From: Akkermansiaceae bacterium | GTDB lineage: Bacteria; Verrucomicrobiota; Verrucomicrobiia; Verrucomicrobiales; Akkermansiaceae | Length of the DNA: 39,734 bases | Assembly (NCBI GenBank): GCA_011524615.1 | Contig: WTJZ01000105.1 | Span: 1 to 39,734, forward strand | Direction of reading: 5' to 3' | Made by a program: the position numbers and the translations under genes | The notes under the pieces: model-generated | Databases searched by the model: none | Seen by the model: the letters and a program-made list of their open reading frames with translations, nothing else | What the model was told of the DNA's origin: nothing | Shown here: positions 34,312-39,734 of the stretch, in pieces | Layout: the number at the start of each line of letters is the position of its first letter | Numbering within the stretch: the first letter of the stretch is position 1

Positions 34312-35334
34312 ATGAAAATTGCGATTGATGCAATGGGCGGAGATTACGCCCCACAAGTAGTCGTTGAGGGTGGCAAGATGGCTCTCGATGCATACCCACA
34401 ACTCTCCCAGCTCATTCTCGTCGGAGACGAGAACCAGATCAATCCCCTCGTCAAGGAACATAACCTCCCTACAGACCGTATTGAGATCGTCCATACGGAT
34501 GAAATGGTCGAGATGCATGAGAGCGGAGCTAAGATGCTCCGTAAGAAGAAGAAGGCCTCTATCACGCTCGCTACCGACCTCGTCAAAAAGGGTGCTGCTG
34601 ACGCGATCGTCGGTGCAGGTAACACAGGTGCAGCCGTAGCCAACGCTACGATCAAGTTCCGAACCCTCCCAGGAGTCTCCAAGGCCGCGATCGGATCAAC
34701 CATGCCAAACCAGTTCGGCAAATGTCTCCTCATGGATGCGGGTGCTAATCCTGACCCTCGACCAGAGAACCTCGTTGAATCGGCGATTATGGGCGCGATC
34801 TACATGAAGAACATCTACGGCATTGAGAAGCCAAAGGTCGGTATCATGTCGAATGGTGAAGAGGAGGAGAAAGGTACCGACTTCACCCGTGAAGCGCACC
34901 GCCTCATGAAGGAACTCGTCGCCACAGGTAAGGATCTCCCCTTTGAGTACCTAGGAAATATCGAGGGCCGTGACATCTTCATCTCTGATGTACAAGTCTG
35001 TCTTACTGACGGCTTCACTGGGAATGTCATCCTCAAGACTGCCGAGGGTATGGCTAAGGGGATCAGCGGCTGGATCAGAGAGGAATATAATGCCAATATC
35101 TTTAGTAAGATCGCAGGTCTCCTCTCTAAGCCCGTTTTCGCGAGACTCAAGGACCGCACCAGCCACGAAAAGGTCGGAGGTTCTGTCCTCCTCGGGGTTA
35201 ACGGCATCTGCGTTATCGGACACGGATCCTCTACCCCATTTGCGATTCAAAACGCAATCCGCCTCGCCATGGAGACGGTGCAGAATCAGGTCAATCCTGA
35301 TATCATCGAGGCCATGAAGCTCCTCGAGGAATAA
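34312..35334 (+). CDS. plsX: phosphate acyltransferase PlsX
   Basis: 340 aa with the canonical N-terminus MKIAIDAMGGDYAP and the segments GNTGA and GFTGNVILKTAEG. Confidence 0.96.
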   Translation: MKIAIDAMGGDYAPQVVVEGGKMALDAYPQLSQLILVGDENQINPLVKEHNLPTDRIEIVHTDEMVEMHESGAKMLRKKKKASITLATDLVKKGAADAIVGAGNTGAAVANATIKFRTLPGVSKAAIGSTMPNQFGKCLLMDAGANPDPRPENLVESAIMGAIYMKNIYGIEKPKVGIMSNGEEEEKGTDFTREAHRLMKELVATGKDLPFEYLGNIEGRDIFISDVQVCLTDGFTGNVILKTAEGMAKGISGWIREEYNANIFSKIAGLLSKPVFARLKDRTSHEKVGGSVLLGVNGICVIGHGSSTPFAIQNAIRLAMETVQNQVNPDIIEAMKLLEE

Positions 35335-35377
35335 ACATCACGGTGAATGTCATTCACCCTCCTTACGTCTGACGGAT

Positions 35378-36127
35378 ATGAAAGCGCTCACCATCATTCT
35401 CCTCTCTCTGATCTCATGCCTCGGAGAGGTCGAGCTCCTCTCCTGTGAGGTCATCCGTGAGATCCCGCGCAAGCACCATGGTTTCACACAAGGGCTTTTC
35501 ATTCTCGATGGTAAGCTCTACGAGTCCTGCGGCCTCTATGGCCAGTCCCTGATTCGCCGTATTGACCTCGCTGGCCAATCACTAGAGCTATCCAAGTCTC
35601 TTCCGGATCATATCTTTGCAGAAGGCCTGACCCCCATCGGCGACCAGCAGATGGTACAGATCACTTGGCAAGAAAAGACCGCCATCGTCTACGATCGAGA
35701 ACACATTAATGTCCAAAAGGTCTTTAAATACGAGACCGAAGGCTGGGGCATCGCCCACTCCGGGGATCAACTCGTCATGTCTGACGGATCATCCACCCTC
35801 ACCTTTCGCTCACCTCAGACCTTCCAGCCGCTCAAGCGTGTCCAAGTCACCCTCAACGGCTCTCCCGTCAAGAAACTCAATGAACTCGAGTGGGTGAATG
35901 GATATATCTACGCGAACGTCTGGCATGAAGATTACATCGTCAAGATCCAGCCCGAAAGTGGTAAGGTCGTCGCGATCATTGACTGTTCCCAGCTACTCCG
36001 TAAGCCCCTCTCCGACTCTGAAGCGGTGCTCAATGGTATCGCATATGACGCATCATCTAACACATTCTACCTCACAGGTAAGCTCTGGCCCTCACTCTTC
36101 CAAGTTCGCTTCTCAGCCGCTCGGTAA
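35378..36127 (+). CDS. glutaminyl-peptide cyclotransferase (beta-propeller, plant/bacterial type)
   Basis: Signal peptide, then FTQGLFILDGKLYESCGLYGQS, EGWGIAH, LNELEWVNGYIYANVW and NGIAYD...FYLTGKLWP, which are typical of the Glu_cyclase_2 family. Confidence 0.85.
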   Translation: MKALTIILLSLISCLGEVELLSCEVIREIPRKHHGFTQGLFILDGKLYESCGLYGQSLIRRIDLAGQSLELSKSLPDHIFAEGLTPIGDQQMVQITWQEKTAIVYDREHINVQKVFKYETEGWGIAHSGDQLVMSDGSSTLTFRSPQTFQPLKRVQVTLNGSPVKKLNELEWVNGYIYANVWHEDYIVKIQPESGKVVAIIDCSQLLRKPLSDSEAVLNGIAYDASSNTFYLTGKLWPSLFQVRFSAAR

Positions 36128-36223
36128 AAAAAGATTGCATCTTCCTCCCGATAAGGTAAGAAGATTCTCCAGCCGTTAAACAGGACTGGGTGGTTGGCTG
36201 ACTACCCACATCCCAAGAACAAT

Positions 36224-36475
36224 ATGAGCCACATTAACGTAGCAGAATTCAAGACTCACGAGAAAGACACCGGTAGCGCAGATTACCAAGTAGCTCTTCT
36301 CACCGACCGTATCCTCGACCTTACAGAGCACCTTAAGATCCACAAAAAAGACGTAGCGTCTAAGCGTGGTCTCCTTAAGATGGTTTCTACACGTCGTAAG
36401 CTTCTCTCATACATCAAAGGTAAAGACGAAGCTCGCTACTCAAACCTTATTAAAGGTCTCGGTCTTCGTAAGTAA
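36224..36475 (+). CDS. rpsO: 30S ribosomal protein S15
   Basis: [16 protein letters not shown]...[22 protein letters not shown]...[11 protein letters not shown] matches S15 throughout. I prefer the ATG at 36224 (83 aa). The track's TTG at 36194 adds an unlikely [10 protein letters not shown] extension. Confidence 0.93.
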   Translation: MSHINVAEFKTHEKDTGSADYQVALLTDRILDLTEHLKIHKKDVASKRGLLKMVSTRRKLLSYIKGKDEARYSNLIKGLGLRK

Positions 36476-36498
36476 TTCCATTACTTACCCACAATATC

Positions 36499-36536
36499 AA
36501 CGCCGTGTCGGACTCGTTCCCTCACGGCGTTTTTTG
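36499..36536 (+). terminator. rho-independent terminator after rpsO
   Basis: A 9-bp stem AACGCCGTG / CACGGCGTT has a 15-nt loop and is followed by TTTTTGTTT. It lies 24 nt after the rpsO stop. Confidence 0.85.
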
Positions 36537-37091
36537 TTTACACACACAGGAAAGCATCCTCACATCTACACGTTCTTCACAAGATAGCCATCAACTCACT
36601 AAAGTGGCTCTATAGATCAAGAACAAACGACCCTCGATCTAAAGGAACAAGAACGGTTATCCCTGATCAATAGAGTACCGCTCCTCTTTAGTCCTCCCGT
36701 CTCAACTGAGATTGACCAAGCATAGGAAGATGAACTCGAGCACCAGCCTTCACCTACTAGATAAAGAAGGACCTCCTGCAGCACAGGCCTTCCAAAAAAC
36801 TTGAGCTAAACTAGCATGACCCAAATCTCATTCACCTCTGAGCCGGAGAGAGACCTCTATGAGTTGACGAAAGCCTGACAAAAGGAAAAATTAAAGTTGC
36901 TAATTCGGCGGGAGTTTCCTTTTATATCGCCATCATTTCCAAAAGTCAGAAGCACATTTGTTGTTCTGGTCGTCTCTGACATCTGTTTTTAACAAGCAGA
37001 AAACATACTGAAGATAGATTTCAGAGTCTTGATTGATTAGGACCTAAAGTGTGCTGGTGAGGATTGGTGTGATAAATCCAAAAACAGAAAT

Positions 37092-39257
37092 ATGAGTATT
37101 CATACAATCACAAGTAACGTAGGCGCGACGCCAATCACGTTCGAAACTGGTAAAATGGGTCGCCTCGCAGACGGTGCTGTTACAGTCCGCCAAGGTGACA
37201 CCATGGTAATGGTTACCGCAGTATCACAGACTAAGGTTAAGCCAGGACAAGACTTCTTCCCTCTCTCTGTTGAGTATAAGGAGAAGGCATCTGCTGCGGG
37301 TGTATTCCCAGGTGGCTACTTCAAGCGTGAAGGCCGTCCAACCGAGAAGGAGATCCTCACCTGTCGTATGACAGACCGTCCTCTCCGTCCTCTCTTCCCT
37401 AAGGGGTACCTCTATGACACACAGATCATTGCACTCCTCCTCTCTGCAGACGGAATCAATGACTCAGATATCCTTTCAATGAACGGTGCTTCTGCAGCAC
37501 TTGCTATCTCAGACATTCCATTCGCAGGACCTATCGGTGCTGTACGTGTAGGTCTTGTTGACGGTGAGTTCGTTGTGAACCCTACCTTCGAGCAACGTGA
37601 AGAGAGTGATCTCGACCTCGTCTACGTTGGTAATGCAACAGACGTAATCATGATCGAAGGTGCTGCTCAGGAACTCCCAGACGACGAGTTCAAGAAGGCT
37701 CTCCGCTTCGCTCAAGAGCAAGTCCAGATCCTCATCGCGTCACAAGAAGAGCTCGTTAAGCTCGCTGGTAAGGAGACCCGTGAGTACGAACTCCTCCTTC
37801 CTAAGGAAGATCTCCTCGAGGTCGCATACGAAGTCGCAGGTGACCGTATCGAGGAAGCAATCTACGCTCCATCCAAAGTAGCTCGCGGTAAGGCTGTCGG
37901 TGCACTCAAGAATGAAGTAGAAGCAGCAATCAAAGCTAAAGATCCAGAAGCATCAGACTTCGACATCGACCAAGCATTCGACTACCTCCAGAAGAAGGCG
38001 TTCCGCGTCTCAATCATGGAGAAAGGTGTACGTGCAGACGGACGTACCATCGGTGACCTTCGTCAGCTTGTTGGTGAAGTAGACCTCATCCCTAAGGTCC
38101 ACGGATCAGCACTCTTCGCACGTGGTGAGACTCAGGCTCTCGCGCTTGCAACCCTCGCTCCTGCAGACGAGCGTCTCTACATGGACAACTACGCAGGCGG
38201 TGAAGACTCTAAGAACTTCTTCCTTCACTATAACTTCCCACCATTCTCAGTGGGTGAGACAGGCCGTTTCGGTGGTCAAAACCGTCGTGAAATCGGACAC
38301 GGTGCTCTCGCAGAGCGCTCGATCGCTCCAGTGATTCCACCAGAAGACGAGTTCCCATACACGATGCGTGTGAGCTCAGAGGTAATGGAGTCGAACGGTT
38401 CTACTTCTATGGCGACCGTTTGTTCTGGCTCTATGGCTCTCATGGCTGCAGGTGTACCACTCAAGGCTCCAGTAGCAGGTATCTCATGTGGTCTCGTAAC
38501 AGAGAAGAACGAAGACGGTTCCCTCAAGGATCACAAGCTCCTCCTCGACATCATCGGATCAGAAGACTTCTTCGGTGACATGGACTTCAAACTCTGTGGT
38601 ACTACTGAAGGTGTCACCGGATACCAACTCGACCTCAAGCTCCCAGGTGTCTCTCTCGACATCCTCGAGGCTGCAATCGACGTCACCCGTCAAGGCCGTC
38701 TCGACGTCCTCGACTACATGAACTCGATCATCAGCGAGACTAAGGGCATCAGCGAAAACGCTCCGCGTATCGAAACCATGAAGATCGACCCATCTAAGAT
38801 CGGTGAACTCATCGGCCCTGGTGGTAAGAACATCCGTAGCCTCCAAGCCGATTCAGGTGCGGAGATCTCAGTGGAAGACGACGGTACCGTTCAAATCTAC
38901 GCTGCTAAGCCTGAGAGCATGGCGCGTGCTAAGGAACTCCTCGACCGCATGTTCGCAGAGATCGAAATCGGTAAGGTTTACACCGGTAAGATCGTCAGCA
39001 CGGCTAAGTTCGGTGCATTCATGCAGGTTCTTCCTACCAAGGACGGACTCATCCACATCTCAGAGCTCGCTCAAGGTCGCGTAGGCAAGACAGAAGACGT
39101 TGTCAAAGTCGGTGACGAAGTCACGGCTAAGTGCATCGGTGTCGACGAAAAAGGCCGCGTCAAGATGAGTATCAAAGCTCTCGGTGGTGCTGCTCCAGTC
39201 GAAAAGGCTAAGCAACCACCTGCAGACGAGGAAGTAGTCGAGTTCACTCTCGGTTAA
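37092..39257 (+). CDS. pnp: polyribonucleotide nucleotidyltransferase (PNPase)
   Basis: 721 aa with two RNase PH domains ([14 protein letters not shown]..., [14 protein letters not shown]), a KH domain ([11 protein letters not shown]) and an S1 domain ([20 protein letters not shown]). It sits downstream of rpsO as in most bacteria. Confidence 0.98.
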   Translation: MSIHTITSNVGATPITFETGKMGRLADGAVTVRQGDTMVMVTAVSQTKVKPGQDFFPLSVEYKEKASAAGVFPGGYFKREGRPTEKEILTCRMTDRPLRPLFPKGYLYDTQIIALLLSADGINDSDILSMNGASAALAISDIPFAGPIGAVRVGLVDGEFVVNPTFEQREESDLDLVYVGNATDVIMIEGAAQELPDDEFKKALRFAQEQVQILIASQEELVKLAGKETREYELLLPKEDLLEVAYEVAGDRIEEAIYAPSKVARGKAVGALKNEVEAAIKAKDPEASDFDIDQAFDYLQKKAFRVSIMEKGVRADGRTIGDLRQLVGEVDLIPKVHGSALFARGETQALALATLAPADERLYMDNYAGGEDSKNFFLHYNFPPFSVGETGRFGGQNRREIGHGALAERSIAPVIPPEDEFPYTMRVSSEVMESNGSTSMATVCSGSMALMAAGVPLKAPVAGISCGLVTEKNEDGSLKDHKLLLDIIGSEDFFGDMDFKLCGTTEGVTGYQLDLKLPGVSLDILEAAIDVTRQGRLDVLDYMNSIISETKGISENAPRIETMKIDPSKIGELIGPGGKNIRSLQADSGAEISVEDDGTVQIYAAKPESMARAKELLDRMFAEIEIGKVYTGKIVSTAKFGAFMQVLPTKDGLIHISELAQGRVGKTEDVVKVGDEVTAKCIGVDEKGRVKMSIKALGGAAPVEKAKQPPADEEVVEFTLG

Positions 39258-39299
39258 TGACGAGCCGATCTCGATCGGCCCCCTCAATAAAGCTAAAAG

Positions 39300-39330
39300 A
39301 AGCCGAGCCCGTTAGGAGCTCGGCTTTTTT
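39300..39330 (+). terminator. rho-independent terminator of pnp
   Basis: A 9-bp stem AAGCCGAGC / GCTCGGCTT has a 9-nt loop and is followed by T6. Confidence 0.88.
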
Positions 39331-39396
39331 GTCCCCCTCGCTCCTATCACCTACCTGAGACTTGACTCACTCGGACGACTCGCAGTACGTAACCGT

Positions 39397-39734
39397 ATGA
39401 CCATTAACGAATTTAAGACTAAGTTAATCGAGGAGCCTAAGAGTATCGCCTTTACCGACACCATGGCTGTGATCGAAGAGAACTACGACTTCACCCCGAC
39501 CGCTTTTACGAATGGTGATTGCGAGAATGAAGCAGGACAGAACTCAGGGTCATGCAAGCTCTTCAGCTTCGCCATAGCTCAAGACCTCACTCCAGAGCAA
39601 ACCCTCGCCTGCTTCGGAGCCATTTACTTCGAGGAAGTCCTCGGTGATCCAGAGGGCTCAGGCCACCAGAATATCCGTAACTTCATGAAAAACGGATTCG
39701 ACGGCCTCACCATCCACGGCACCGCCCTCGTCGC
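39397..39734 (+). CDS. HopJ-family protein (type III effector HopPmaJ-like domain), 3'-truncated by the window edge
   Basis: Not in the ORF track because it runs off the window. My translation from ATG 39397 is MTINEFKTKLIEEPKSIAFTDTMAVIEENYDFTPTAFTNGDCENEAGQNSGSCKLFSFAIAQDLTPEQTLACFGAIYFEEVLGDPEGSGHQNIRNFMKNGFDGLTIHGTAL. The NSGSCKLFSFA...TL.CFG..Y...VL..P.G..HQNIRNFM pattern matches the HopJ family as I recall it. Confidence 0.75.
   Translation, partial: MTINEFKTKLIEEPKSIAFTDTMAVIEENYDFTPTAFTNGDCENEAGQNSGSCKLFSFAIAQDLTPEQTLACFGAIYFEEVLGDPEGSGHQNIRNFMKNGFDGLTIHGTALV

Noticed and set aside
35343-35359. The hairpin GGTGAAT-GTC-ATTCACC between plsX and the glutaminyl cyclase gene (coordinates approximate).
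   Set aside because: No T-tract follows it. It could be a weak attenuator or a stabilising stem, but the evidence is insufficient to call a terminator.
36816-36878. A 20-aa mini-ORF (MTQISFTSEPERDLYELTKA) in the rpsO-pnp spacer.
   Set aside because: There is no Shine-Dalgarno sequence and no distinctive peptide features. ORFs of this length are expected by chance. It is mentioned only as something to check with Ribo-seq.

Overview
This 39.7-kb window reads as ordinary chromosomal core genome, probably from a PVC-superphylum bacterium (most likely Verrucomicrobiota). The taxon call is an inference from gene content: a DUF1549/DUF1553 + DUF1501 pair, a Cys-type sulfatase plus formylglycine-generating enzyme, a eukaryote-type HisA, scattered single housekeeping genes and strong C-ending codon bias. 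I support 39 protein-coding genes. Two are truncated by the window edges, and one, rpmF (59 aa), is missing from the ORF track. Recognisable genes are yceD-rpmF, trxA, a DsbD-family reductase, carA, hisA, hpt, aroA, hemL, pdxH, plsX and rpsO-pnp. Envelope and secretion functions include a LysM protein, an Amidase_3, a 3D-domain lipoprotein, a GspE/GspF-like pair, a sulfatase, FGE and a glutaminyl cyclase. About ten clear hairpin + T-run terminators are visible, several of them bidirectional. By eye I found no rRNA, tRNA, CRISPR array, transposase, integrase or phage genes. I do not see a convincing new multi-gene system. The items most worth a second look are: (1) an orphan protein with a minimal protein-kinase-like K...DxxxxN...D motif layout at 28676-29575; (2) two unusually long ORF-free spacers, about 430 nt between two convergent terminators at 4418-4849 and about 555 nt between the rpsO terminator and pnp; (3) the uncharacterised DUF1549/DUF1553 + DUF1501 module; (4) a trxA / DsbD-like / sulfatase / unknown-protein co-directional cluster, with a probable lipoprotein FGE 13 kb away; (5) a 44% GC edge-truncated gene at the left border. 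Several ORF-track starts are TTG/GTG extensions, and I give the internal ATG where homology or a signal peptide supports it. My hand-derived hairpin coordinates may be off by 1-2 nt.
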